Shown here: positions 49,707 to 59,378 of the stretch, piece by piece
Position numbering within the stretch: the stretch's first letter is position 1
Layout of the letters: the number at the start of each line of letters is the position of its first letter
Origin: Selenomonadaceae bacterium
GTDB lineage: Bacteria; Bacillota; Clostridia; Oscillospirales; CAG-272
Reading direction: 5' to 3'
Assembly: GCA_963598415.1 (NCBI GenBank)
Contig: CAVBUH010000058.1
Location: 16,421 to 80,420 of the forward strand
DNA: 64,000 nt
Made by a program: the position numbers and the translations under genes
Notes under the pieces: generated by a model
Seen by the model: only the letters and a program-made list of their open reading frames with translations
What the model was told of the DNA's origin: nothing
The model's database searches: none

Positions 49707-50721
49707 TGATTTTAAAGCGGAACTCAGGCGTCTTTCCGGCGGATATCTTTTCTGCGGAGAGGAGGATTATCTCAAAAGGTATTATATGGGAGCGGCGCGT
49801 AACGCTGTTACCGAAAAGAATGATATTTTTAACCGTATCTTAATTACCGCCGATAATTATTCTGCGGATAATTTGATGTCCTCAATCGAATCCCTTCCGG
49901 TGATGAACGACAAAAAATTTATTGAGATATCCGGATTGCCCTTTAATGAAATGCGGGAGCAGGATATTGAGGATATGACAGAAGTGCTTTCAAAGCTTCC
50001 GGACTATGAATATGATGTGCTGATTATCTATGCCGATGCGGAGAACTTTGATGCAGGTACGCCGAAGCAGCCGTCGAAGCTTTTTAAGAAGCTTTCAAAA
50101 GTTGTTAAACCGGTACTTTTTCCCCGAGAAACGCCTGCTCGTCTTGCTGCCTGGGTAGCAAAGCATTTCGCCGCAGAGCTTGTGGTTGCGCCTCCTGATG
50201 CCGTCAATGCGCTTCTCGCAAAATGTGGGTGCGATATGTCGGTTTTGTCGTCGGAAATTGAAAAACTGTGCTGGTATCTAAAGGCGGCGAATAGAGAAAA
50301 GTTGACCGAAGCCGACGTTGCTTTGGTAGCTTCAGAGTCAAAGGAAATAGCTGCTTTTGATTTTACAAACGCTATACTGGACGGAAAAATTTCAAAGGCG
50401 CTTTCTATTCTCACTGAACTGAGGTTAAAAAAAGAAAAACCGGAAATTATTTTGAGTGGTATTTCAAAAGTAATTTGCGAGCTTTGTGCCGTGAAGGCGC
50501 TTATGGAATCCGGATCAGGATCGCAAATGATTGCACAGAAGCTCAAAATGCATCCTTTCAAGGCGGGGCTTTATATGAAAAGCGCCTCGGCAGCCGATTC
50601 CGATAAGCTAAAGAGGCTTGCTGCTATCTGCTATGATGCGGATATCAGGATCAAATCCACTCCGCTTGACAGCTATGGGGTTCTTGACAGACTTACTGTC
50701 GAAGCGGCAATGAGAGGATAG
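49696..50721 (+). CDS. holA: DNA polymerase III subunit delta
   Basis: YLFCGEEDYLKRYY N-terminal motif, 341 aa, helical C-terminal domain. Confidence 0.85.
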   Translation: MTANDFKAELRRLSGGYLFCGEEDYLKRYYMGAARNAVTEKNDIFNRILITADNYSADNLMSSIESLPVMNDKKFIEISGLPFNEMREQDIEDMTEVLSKLPDYEYDVLIIYADAENFDAGTPKQPSKLFKKLSKVVKPVLFPRETPARLAAWVAKHFAAELVVAPPDAVNALLAKCGCDMSVLSSEIEKLCWYLKAANREKLTEADVALVASESKEIAAFDFTNAILDGKISKALSILTELRLKKEKPEIILSGISKVICELCAVKALMESGSGSQMIAQKLKMHPFKAGLYMKSASAADSDKLKRLAAICYDADIRIKSTPLDSYGVLDRLTVEAAMRG

Positions 50722-50893
50722 GGAGCGGATGTATTCCGACGCTCCGCTGTGCAGGCGGAAACGTTCGGCGTTATATTTATATAGGGCGGAGATTGATTTT
50801 GCCGAAGTATAGTATACTGCAGCTATTATCAAAGAAGCTTTTACAGAGCGAATGATATCTTTATAACATATAAACCATGAAAGGCAAAGAATT

Positions 50894-51397
50894 ATGCAGA
50901 TTAATAAGGAACGGGTAAAGAAAACTTTTAAGGACAAGCTGATAACGGCGCTTACGATAGCACCGTCTCTTGCGGTAATGCTCCTCAGCGCGGTTTATAA
51001 TCTCGCCGTTGAGAGCATGGGGATGAATATCAATTCCGCCGTGCCGATCATGATGTCATGTCTTACGCTTTTTACCGCGCTTGCTTCTACCGTATTGGCT
51101 GTGGTATACAAAAGACGTTTTACCACTGTGTTCTTTGCGGTGATCTTTATGCTGTGCTTTTTATGTTATCTTGGTTTTTACGGCTCCGGAACGACCGATA
51201 TATACGCGGATGCCTTTTTTGAAATGTTCATGCTTATTCTTTCGGTTCCGGTATGGTCCTATATGCCGCTTGCCATGCGTATTGCCCCAAATCAGGGAAT
51301 GATGGCTTTGTTCATTACAGCAATTCTGGTGCTTATTAATACGGCAGTATCGATATGGTTGACCGTTTCTGAGAAAAGAGGAAAGAAGCTTGAATGA
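50894..51397 (+). CDS. Hypothetical polytopic membrane protein
   Basis: About five predicted TM helices. No family recognised. Confidence 0.55.
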   Translation: MQINKERVKKTFKDKLITALTIAPSLAVMLLSAVYNLAVESMGMNINSAVPIMMSCLTLFTALASTVLAVVYKRRFTTVFFAVIFMLCFLCYLGFYGSGTTDIYADAFFEMFMLILSVPVWSYMPLAMRIAPNQGMMALFITAILVLINTAVSIWLTVSEKRGKKLE

Positions 51398-51989
51398 GAA
51401 GTTAACGGTTGATCGTCCCGTAATTGTTGAAGGAAAATACGATAAGATCAAGCTTGAATCGGTGATTCAAGGAAATATTATTACCACAGACGGGTTTGGT
51501 GTTTTTCGCGATTCCGAAAAAAAAGCTCTGATAAAGCGGCTTGCCGCACCTAACGGAGTTATCGTACTGACGGACAGTGACGGCGGCGGTCTTGTAATAA
51601 GGAATTATTTGAATTCCATACTGCCGAAAAATAAGATTACTCATCTCTACATACCCGAAATAAAAGGGCGTGAAAAGAGAAAGCATATGGATTCCAAAGA
51701 GGGATTTCTTGGCGTAGAGGGAATAGAATGCGATTTGCTTGCAGAAATTTTTAAGCCGTATGCAGCAAAGAGAGAAAACTCTCTTTCACAGCACAGTATA
51801 ACAAAGACTGATCTGTTTGACGACGGATTTTCGGGAGGAAACGGGAGTAGTGAGAGACGTAAAAGGCTTTGTAAAGCCGCCGGACTTCCTACCAATATCA
51901 GCGCGAACGCCTTGCTTGAAGCACTGAATCTGTTATATGACTACGACGGATATAAAGATCTGATCGAAAAAATAAACCTATATAATTGA
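51390..51989 (+). CDS. Toprim domain protein (RNase M5-like / DUF4093)
   Basis: VIVEGKYDKIKL and VLTDSDGGGLVIRNYL Toprim motifs. A TTG start overlaps the upstream gene by 8 nt. Confidence 0.7.
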   Translation: MNEKLTVDRPVIVEGKYDKIKLESVIQGNIITTDGFGVFRDSEKKALIKRLAAPNGVIVLTDSDGGGLVIRNYLNSILPKNKITHLYIPEIKGREKRKHMDSKEGFLGVEGIECDLLAEIFKPYAAKRENSLSQHSITKTDLFDDGFSGGNGSSERRKRLCKAAGLPTNISANALLEALNLLYDYDGYKDLIEKINLYN

Positions 51990-52025
51990 AAGGACGCGGG
52001 AGACAATTGCCCGCTGTGAACAACC

Positions 52026-52688
52026 ATGAAACCGGATGAATTTTTCAGGCATATGAAAATATCCTCAAAAACGTTTGTTTTTCAATGCGCGGAGCTTGCT
52101 CGGAAATACAGCGAACTGATAAAATACGGAATTTTCGGCGTACTTACCACAATTATTGATTTTGGGGTTTATACAATACTATATGAGATGTTGAGGGTCA
52201 ACGGTACGCTTTCCAATGCGATAGCGTGGTTTGCCGCCGTTGTGTTTGCTTTTATTACGAATAAGCTGTTCGTCTTTGAATCAAGAAGCCGCAGTTTTTC
52301 GAGAATTGCTTATGAGTTTGCTACTTTTTTTGCTGCGAGAGCGTTTACCGGAGCAGTTTATATAGGGGGATATGCTTTACTTATTGAAATGGGAGTAAAC
52401 GGATATATTGCCAAAGCCCTGCTTTCGATTTTTAATATTATTGTAAATTATATTTTTTCCAAGCTTATAACCTTCAGAAAGAGAAAAGCCCCGGAAAATA
52501 TAGAGGCGATGAAGGAGAACGACAATGCCCCGAGAGTAAGAAACGGTGCAATTATGATCGGTGCTTTTGATAAGCAGAAGGCGGAAGCGCCGTATACAGA
52601 AAGGGACAAGCTCTGTTCGGAGAACGGAAGCGGCGCTGACGCTTCTGTTATTTCGGAAGAGCATGAAAAAAAACAAAATGAAGCTTAA
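52026..52688 (+). CDS. GtrA family membrane protein
   Basis: KYGIFGVLTTIIDFGVYTIL and the four-TM GtrA pattern, plus a hydrophilic C-terminal tail. Confidence 0.8.
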   Translation: MKPDEFFRHMKISSKTFVFQCAELARKYSELIKYGIFGVLTTIIDFGVYTILYEMLRVNGTLSNAIAWFAAVVFAFITNKLFVFESRSRSFSRIAYEFATFFAARAFTGAVYIGGYALLIEMGVNGYIAKALLSIFNIIVNYIFSKLITFRKRKAPENIEAMKENDNAPRVRNGAIMIGAFDKQKAEAPYTERDKLCSENGSGADASVISEEHEKKQNEA

Positions 52689-54165
52689 TTCTATTATGGG
52701 TTCTTCGGCTGGGAAACAATCCGGCGAAAAAGATGAAGGCTGTGCTTTCAGTTATAAGCGAACCCTTCTGTGCGGTTTTGCTTTTTTCGGAATCTGTGCA
52801 TTTTGGCAGCTCTATGATAATATCATTACCCTTATTCTTAAATTTGATTTCGGAGTGAACGAAACTGCTTCGGGATGGATTATGTCACTTGACAATATCT
52901 TTGCGCTGTTTATGCTTCCTCTTTTCGGCACGTTGTCCGATAAAACAAAAACGCGACTCGGAAAGCGTATGCCTTATATTATTTTCGGCACGCTTTTCAG
53001 TGCGTTAGCCTTTACGCTTATACCGATAGCTGTCGAAATGAAAAATATGGTGTTTTTTGTTTCAGTTCTTCTGGCTGCCCTTGTTGCCATGAGCATATAT
53101 CGCTCCCCGGCGGTATCTCTTATGCCCGATATCACGCCTAAGCCCTTTCGTTCAAAGGCGAATGCGGTTATCAATCTGATGGGTACCTTCGGAGGGCTGG
53201 CGGTGCTTATATCGGTATCGGTACTTATGAAAACGCAGTATTATGTTGATTGTGCTGTCTCCGGAATGAGAACGGCGATCAGCAGCAGCTCTGCGGCAGA
53301 GTATTTTTGCGAGGGATGCGGAGAGACACACGTCCTTTCGGATTTGACATCGGACACATATGTGCTGCGTCTTGAACACGAAAGCTTTTTACCGCTCTTT
53401 GCACTTACGGCAGGCATTATGGTTGTGTGCCTTGTAATATTGCTTCTTTTCATGCATGAGAATCGATATACCTCTGAGCGAGAAGAAGCAGAAAGAAGAT
53501 TGGGCTTATCCGATTCAATGGATTATGGGAACAATGGGGAGGGCAGAGAAAGGCTTCGTCCTGAGGTAAAGCGCAGCCTTATTTTTCTTCTCTTGTCTGT
53601 AGCCTTCTGGTTTATGGGATATAATGCTGTGACAACGGCATTTTCAAAATATGTTGTATGGTATTGGGGACTTCCGGATGGAGGATTTGCAAACTGTCTT
53701 ATTGTAGCGCTTGCGGCGGCGGCAGTATCGTATATTCCGATTGGTTTTATATCCGGCAGAATAGGCAGAAAAAAGACGATTCTAATAGGCGTTGCACTGC
53801 TTACCGCAATGTTCGGTTCCGCTTTCTTTTTTAAAAGCTATCATCCCGCAATAAATATTCTCTTTGCACTTGTCGGCGTGGCTTGGGCGGCGATAAACGT
53901 GAATTCTTATCCTATGGTAGTAGAAATGAGCAGAGGTAGCAGCATTGGGAAGTATACAGGACTGTATTATACCTTTTCCATGGCGGCTCAGATTATTACG
54001 CCGATTCTGTCGGGATATTTGCTTGATATCAGCTATAAAATGCTCTTTCCGTATGCTACCGCTTTCGCAGCTCTGTCTTTTGTAACAATGCTTTTTGTAA
54101 AACACGGTGATTCCAAGCCGGAAGGGAAAACGTCGATTCTTGAAAAGATCGGCGCAGATATGTAA
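52663..54165 (+). CDS. MFS/GPH-type transporter
   Basis: ~12 TM helices with LFGTLSDKTKTRLGKRMPYI, the typical loop 2-3 motif. Start is uncertain (52663, 52678 or 52696). Confidence 0.8.
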   Translation: MKKNKMKLNSIMGSSAGKQSGEKDEGCAFSYKRTLLCGFAFFGICAFWQLYDNIITLILKFDFGVNETASGWIMSLDNIFALFMLPLFGTLSDKTKTRLGKRMPYIIFGTLFSALAFTLIPIAVEMKNMVFFVSVLLAALVAMSIYRSPAVSLMPDITPKPFRSKANAVINLMGTFGGLAVLISVSVLMKTQYYVDCAVSGMRTAISSSSAAEYFCEGCGETHVLSDLTSDTYVLRLEHESFLPLFALTAGIMVVCLVILLLFMHENRYTSEREEAERRLGLSDSMDYGNNGEGRERLRPEVKRSLIFLLLSVAFWFMGYNAVTTAFSKYVVWYWGLPDGGFANCLIVALAAAAVSYIPIGFISGRIGRKKTILIGVALLTAMFGSAFFFKSYHPAINILFALVGVAWAAINVNSYPMVVEMSRGSSIGKYTGLYYTFSMAAQIITPILSGYLLDISYKMLFPYATAFAALSFVTMLFVKHGDSKPEGKTSILEKIGADM

Positions 54166-54168
54166 CAT

Positions 54169-54966
54169 ATGTGGGTGTTTTTTTTGCTTCTATTTCTGTT
54201 ATTATTGTATTTGTTTCTTATTTTTCCGGGTAGGGGCACAAAAGCTTCGGTGTTTCGAGGGCTGTATATTGCGCATAGGGGGCTTCATTCGGAAAATATT
54301 ACGGAAAATACTCTTGCGGCTTTTGCGGCGGCGGTTGATAAAGGCTTCGGTATTGAGCTTGATGTACAGCTTTCTTTTGACGGCGTTGCGGTTGTATGTC
54401 ATGATTCCGATTTGAAAAGAGTATTCGGTATTGACAAAAAGGTCTCATCGTTTATGGCTTCTGATCTTGAAAAAATCGGGGTACCGTCTTTCGCTTCTGT
54501 ATTAGAGCTTGTTGCGGCGAAGGTCCCTATGATTGTGGAATTAAAAGGTGAGAATGCCGATATTACCGTTTGTGAAAAAGCTGCAGAACTGCTTGACAGA
54601 TATAATGGGATATATTGCGTGGAATCCTTTAATCCTCTTTACGTGTATTGGTTCAGAAAACATAGACCGAAGGTGATACGAGGGCAGCTTTCCACTCGTT
54701 TTACAAGGAATAAGCATTCCGGAAGCTGTGTTCTTCATTTTTTTCTCCGAAATTTGCTTTGTAATTGTCTTTCACGACCGGATTTTATTGCATATGAATA
54801 TAAATACGGAACCTCGCTGTCGCTAAGGCTTTGCGGCATTTTGGGGGCCGAGAAATTTTGCTGGACGCTGCGCAGCGAGGATGAGGTTAAGTCGGCACAA
54901 AAATATTTTTCAGCGTTTATTTTTGAAAAATTTATTCCGGACGGGAAAGAAAGCTTTGTTTTGTAG
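54169..54966 (+). CDS. Glycerophosphodiester phosphodiesterase family protein
   Basis: HRGLH...ENTLAAFAAAVDKGFGIELDVQLSFDGVAVVCHD, the GDPD signature, after an N-terminal TM helix. Confidence 0.85.
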   Translation: MWVFFLLLFLLLLYLFLIFPGRGTKASVFRGLYIAHRGLHSENITENTLAAFAAAVDKGFGIELDVQLSFDGVAVVCHDSDLKRVFGIDKKVSSFMASDLEKIGVPSFASVLELVAAKVPMIVELKGENADITVCEKAAELLDRYNGIYCVESFNPLYVYWFRKHRPKVIRGQLSTRFTRNKHSGSCVLHFFLRNLLCNCLSRPDFIAYEYKYGTSLSLRLCGILGAEKFCWTLRSEDEVKSAQKYFSAFIFEKFIPDGKESFVL

Positions 54967-54972
54967 AAAGGT

Positions 54973-55150
54973 TTAAGGCAATACTGCTGGGTTCACGGCT
55001 TGCGCCTTGATGGCATATCCGCTTGTTCATTTCTCGCCACACTTCACAAATTTTGTCGGCAGAGGAGCTAATCTTGCCTTTTCAATTTGTATCGTTTGAC
55101 AACACATGACTGCGCATCTGTACCATCAGAACCCGGCGGTATTACCTTAA
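54973..55150 (-). mobile_element. MITE-like palindromic repeat, family 1, subfamily 2 (copy H)
   Basis: 178 bp, TTAAGGCAATACTGCTGGGTTCACGG ... GAACCCGGCGGTATTACCTTAA. Starts 6 nt after the GDPD stop. Confidence 0.9.
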
Positions 55151-55364
55151 ACTTAGGTGTTGAGATTTAATATTCATTGAACAGATATTCGGAAATCAAG
55201 GCGTCAGTAGCTTTTGGCGCCTTTTTTATATAGGGACTTAATTATATATTCGGGCAACAAATTAAGAATTCTATGTCACAATATGGAGTTGTTTATTAAA
55301 TGAAAATATGATAAAATTATTTTGGATATATATGCAAAAGATGCAGAGGAAAGGATGAGACCAA

Positions 55365-56165
55365 ATGATACAATTAACTCCACCAATGGGCTGGAATTCA
55401 TGGAATACTTTCGGAAAAAATATAAGCGAAGTAACGTTGAGGGAGGCAGCTGATGCACTCGTTAAAACAGGACTTCGTGATTCCGGATATCAATATTTTG
55501 TAATTGACGATACCTGGGCATTGCGTGAACGCGGTAAAGACGGAAGGCTGATTCCGAATCCCGATAAATTTCCTAATGGAATTAAAGCTGTGAGCGATTA
55601 TGTTCATGATAAGGGATTAAAATTCGGTATATATTCGTGTGCGGGAACCATGACCTGCGCTCAATATCCCGGAAGCTATGAATACGAGTTTCTTGATGCC
55701 GAGACTTTTGCAGAATGGGGAGTTGATTTCCTTAAATACGATTATTGTTTTAAGCCGACATTTGAGAGAGGGGAGCTTCTATATCGCAGAATGGGGCTTG
55801 CTCTTGCTAACTGCGGACGGGATATTCTCTTTTCCGCTTGCTCATGGGGAAATGACGATACAAAATCCTGGATAAAGACAACAGGCGCTCATATGTGGCG
55901 TTCGACGCATGACGTTTTCGATTCGTGGGAATCTATAAAAATGAGAGCCAAGGAACAGCTTGATATACAAAAATACAATGGTTTAGGCTGTTTTAATGAC
56001 ATGGATATGCTTGTTGTCGGAATGAACGGAAAGGGAAATGTCGGTTTAACGCCGAGTTCTTTTGTTCAGTACCGTACACATTTTGCTTTGTGGGCACTGC
56101 TCGGTTCACCGCTTATGATAGGATGTGATATCCGTAATGCAGACGCCGATGTAATAGATTGCTGA
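55365..56165 (+). pseudogene. Alpha-galactosidase (GH27), apparently 3'-truncated
   Basis: LTPPMGWNSWN, LKYDYC (nucleophile region) and MWRSTHDV (acid/base region) are present. The ORF stops right after PLMIGCDIRN, so the usual C-terminal beta-sandwich domain is absent. Confidence 0.6.
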
Positions 56166-56190
56166 ATTTAATGCGGAGGGGAATATTCTT

Positions 56191-56817
56191 GTGGCAAAGA
56201 ACAATGGAGCGCCTTCGTATCTCATATATAAGATATGTGCGGATGAGGGAAAGCTTCTTTCTTCGCTGACAATTAAATCATATGCAAGTGTAAATGATTG
56301 GGAGGTGGACGGTGCCCCGCTTGCCGGAAATGAATTCGGTATCTATGTAAAATCAACCGATGATTTTGATTTTGAAAGCGATACACCTGCTGACGGTGCA
56401 AGTGGTATGGTCGGAAAGAAAAATCACACATGGAAGCTTGATGAATATGTAAATGGTAAAAGTGAAATATATGTCTGTATCTATTTTCTAAATAATAGCA
56501 GTTTTATTGATTGGGTACGGTTTTATTCTTTTGATTTTTCCGCAGCCGAAAAAATAAATGCTCCTGCAACAAGTTCTTCCGATACAGAGTCACAACCGGA
56601 GAGCACCACGTCGATGGGTTCCGGAACAGAAACCGATAATAACGCTTCGATTATATCGGGAACGAACGATGATTCTACAGATACAAGCGACATTATTGAT
56701 CCTGAGGAGAAGAATACCAATTTAATCGCAATTACTTTGATTGCTGTAGCGACAATTGCAGCTGTCATCGTAGTTGTGGCTATGATAAAAGTTGCAAAGT
56801 CTAATAAAACAGATTAA
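56191..56817 (+). CDS. Hypothetical protein with S/T/D-rich linker and C-terminal TM anchor
   Basis: GTG-start ORF. C-terminal LIAITLIAVATIAAVIVVVAMI anchor. Its stop codon TAA lies inside the TTAA terminus of repeat copy I. Confidence 0.55.
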   Translation: MAKNNGAPSYLIYKICADEGKLLSSLTIKSYASVNDWEVDGAPLAGNEFGIYVKSTDDFDFESDTPADGASGMVGKKNHTWKLDEYVNGKSEIYVCIYFLNNSSFIDWVRFYSFDFSAAEKINAPATSSSDTESQPESTTSMGSGTETDNNASIISGTNDDSTDTSDIIDPEEKNTNLIAITLIAVATIAAVIVVVAMIKVAKSNKTD

Positions 56818-56923
56818 GACAATACCGTACCATGATTGTTGTGCAGTTGCGCCGCTGGATTTTTCGTCAGACAATACAAGTTGAGGAGGCAAGAGTGACT
56901 CTTCTGCCGACGAAATTTGTGAA
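56509..56923 (+). repeat. 415 bp direct repeat, copy 1 (gene 3' end plus the first 110 bp of a family 1 repeat)
   Basis: Differs from 58894-59308 at only 3 positions (56518, 56519, 56902). Confidence 0.95.
56814..56923 (+). mobile_element. MITE-like repeat, family 1, subfamily 1 (copy I), truncated by an insertion
   Basis: The first 110 bp are identical, bar one base, to copy J. Broken after ...CGAAATTTGTGAA. Confidence 0.9.
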
Positions 56924-58121
56924 GGGATCTCTAAGGAATCACTGAATAAATCGCCAGCACCACATCCCTAAGAGTACCGCTTATGTTTCGGCAGATAATT
57001 GTAGGGAAGTGCGTTTTCTACTCAAAGTCAACGGTTTCATTTTTTTGCACTATTATCTACAATAGACATGTTTGAAAAAACGTTTGACCACAGATACTAC
57101 GTATTGTCTGTAATAATGTTGAAAATCTTCCTAATACAAGCCGTCTGTAAGGTTGCCGTTGTGCCTATCTCATAACGCTTGTGACGACGATCTATGCCTC
57201 ATAATAAGATAAGGGCCATAAAGAAATAGCGTATAAGCAAGCTGATTCCAAGGAGCTCTAATTTACCGTCGAACAGGTTTTGTAAAACTGCCACAAGGGG
57301 AAACGAACATCTCTACGAGGCAAGTAGAAGATTTTTTCGGGATTACGATTCTTTTAAGGTATATGCAATGTAGGAATCAAAGTCGCTGTTTCCTTCCGAA
57401 TTCTTTGTACCACTTTTTAATTTCTGCTCTGTACTCAAGACTGCGGACAAGGGAATTTGTAGCCTTTTAATTTTTTTAAGATGTCCATATTTTTATACTA
57501 AAATAAATAGAAGCGCTCTACCAAGGCTGTATTACAGCAGGTAAAGCGCTTTTGTTGTTCTATTTATTCTATTTTTTTATTTTTCTCGTGCCCACAGCCT
57601 CTTTATCCTTGTGTTGTCATAGCTTATGATATGTCTCTGTAGAGGAAGGAAAGCTCCCTTTGCAATTCCTGTCATAAAGCCGTACATAAGCTCCTCGGGA
57701 ATAAGATGGGTGACGGAAATGGCGTCAATGCTTTCTCTAAGAGAAGGATTTATTCTTGTGCCGTCGAAAAAAGACTATTTACTCTCTGTCTTACCATTGC
57801 CAGACATCTTGCCAAAGCAGTAAAATATCTTGCCCCTCGTCTTAAGACAGAAATCAAAAATTATCTCCTTCTCGCTATTGTTGAGAGTATTCATGTTTGC
57901 GAGAGGGGCAGGATGATGACGCTGTCTTGATTGGCCTTCTGGCAATGTAATTGACCATCTTATTACAAATACTCCCAAATATTGCAAATTTCCAATAAAA
58001 AAACTAATTTTAATCAATATTTTGAGCCCTATGCTCTATCCAAAAAAAGAATGCAGGTCAATAAAAATTATCTGTTCTCTCTACGAACATGAGAATTTTT
58101 CGAGAAATTCACATTTTTCTC

Positions 58122-58150
58122 TTGACAAGCTTCGTGCATTGATGTAAAAT
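58122..58150 (+). promoter_or_regulatory. Sigma-A type promoter candidate for the transaldolase-family gene
   Basis: TTGACA (58122-58127), 17 nt spacer, TAAAAT (58145-58150). Confidence 0.5.
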
Positions 58151-58202
58151 GTAGCCTGTTATAACAAATTCACTTAATGTTTCGCGCGATTTTGGAGAAC
58201 TC

Positions 58203-58850
58203 ATGAAAATTTTTATTGATACAGCAAATATCTCAGAAATCAAGGCTGCTTGGGATTTGGGAGTCATTAGTGGCGTTACGACAAATCCCACTTTGATTGC
58301 CAAGGAAGGCCGGAACTTCAAAGAGGTAGTCAAGGAAATTACTTCAATCGTTGATGGACCTATTTCCGCCGAGGTCATCTCGCTGCAACATGAAAAAATG
58401 GTTGAGGAAGCCCTTGAGCTTTCTGCTATCCATCCCAATATAGTAATCAAAATTCCTATGTGTACCGAAGGTTTAAAAGCGGTTAAGATTTTATCATCCA
58501 AAGGGATTCGCACCAATGTCACCCTAATCTTTTCTGCCGCTCAAGCCTTCCTCGCTTCTCGTGCGGGAGCCTCCTATGTCAGTCCATTTCTTGGCAGATT
58601 AGACGATATCGGGAGTGAGGGAATGACACTAATCAAGGACATCGTTGAAATCTTCCGTCATCAAGAAACCAAGACGGAAATAATCGGAGCAAGTATTCGT
58701 CATCCTATCCATGTCATTGAAGCCGCTAAATCAGGTTGTGATATAGCTACTATCCCCTATAAAGTCATCACGCAAATGGTTGGTCATCCTCTAACATCTA
58801 ATGGCATTGAAAAATTTCTCAAGGATTGGGAAACGCTTCAAAATAGCTGA
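58203..58850 (+). CDS. Transaldolase family protein, short form (fructose-6-phosphate aldolase/TalC-like)
   Basis: [22 protein letters not shown]...[13 protein letters not shown] (Schiff-base Lys region)...[11 protein letters not shown]. 215 aa, typical of the short subfamily. Confidence 0.9.
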   Translation: MKIFIDTANISEIKAAWDLGVISGVTTNPTLIAKEGRNFKEVVKEITSIVDGPISAEVISLQHEKMVEEALELSAIHPNIVIKIPMCTEGLKAVKILSSKGIRTNVTLIFSAAQAFLASRAGASYVSPFLGRLDDIGSEGMTLIKDIVEIFRHQETKTEIIGASIRHPIHVIEAAKSGCDIATIPYKVITQMVGHPLTSNGIEKFLKDWETLQNS

Positions 58851-58893
58851 AACTCTATTTTTATCCCGCAAACACGAATTTATTTTCAAAGAA

Positions 58894-59202
58894 GATTGGG
58901 TATTGTTTTATTCTTTTGATTTTTCCGCAGCCGAAAAAATAAATGCTCCTGCAACAAGTTCTTCCGATACAGAGTCACAACCGGAGAGCACCACGTCGAT
59001 GGGTTCCGGAACAGAAACCGATAATAACGCTTCGATTATATCGGGAACGAACGATGATTCTACAGATACAAGCGACATTATTGATCCTGAGGAGAAGAAT
59101 ACCAATTTAATCGCAATTACTTTGATTGCTGTAGCGACAATTGCAGCTGTCATCGTAGTTGTGGCTATGATAAAAGTTGCAAAGTCTAATAAAACAGATT
59201 AA
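58894..59202 (+). pseudogene. Duplicated 3' fragment of the 56191-56817 gene
   Basis: Encodes the same last ~100 residues as the gene at 56191-56817. The upstream part (58801-58893) shows only diverged similarity and there is no credible start. Confidence 0.6.
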
Positions 59203-59308
59203 GACAATACCGTACCATGATTGTTGTGCAGTTGCGCCGCTGGATTTTTCGTCAGACAATACAAGTTGAGGAGGCAAGAGTGACTCCTCTGCCGACGAAA
59301 TTTGTGAA
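58894..59308 (+). repeat. 415 bp direct repeat, copy 2
   Basis: See copy 1. The identical antisense ORFs in the supplied track (56523-56768 and 58908-59153) are consistent with this. Confidence 0.95.
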
Positions 59309-59378
59309 ATATGACGGAAAAGATGCAAGCAAATGCGCAATAAAGGCGTTAGCTATGTACCCGGCGGTATTGCCTTAA
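59199..59378 (+). mobile_element. MITE-like palindromic repeat, family 1, subfamily 1 (copy J), intact
   Basis: 180 bp, TTAAGACAATACCGTACC ... CCCGGCGGTATTGCCTTAA. Confidence 0.9.

Larger units (their letters stand above)
56924..58893. other. 1,970 bp inserted cassette (decayed ORFs plus the tal/fsa gene)
   Basis: Lies between the two 415 bp repeat copies. Begins GGGATCTCTAAGGAATCAC, which is related to the family 2 termini. The first ~1.2 kb lacks any long ORF. Confidence 0.75.

Noticed and set aside
57511-57535. GCGCTCTACCAAGG, which resembles the complement of a tRNA D-arm and might mark a tRNA fragment or attachment-site remnant.
   Set aside because: The reverse complement does not form a D stem and no further tRNA parts follow. 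The sequence is part of a longer AT-rich hairpin (57502-57569).
56509-59308. A diversity-generating retroelement (template/variable repeat pair) as the explanation for the 415 bp duplication.
   Set aside because: There is no reverse transcriptase gene nearby. There are only 3 mismatches and none follows the adenine-specific pattern. The repeat also extends into non-coding repeat sequence.
59280-59378. A 32-codon ORF inside the repeat, with GGAGG five nt before a GTG and ending in the terminal TAA of the element.
   Set aside because: It is not conserved. In copy C the GTG is GTA. In copy G a 1 nt deletion shifts the frame into a stop after 10 codons. The GGAGG is better explained as one arm of the GAGGAG/CTCCTC stem.
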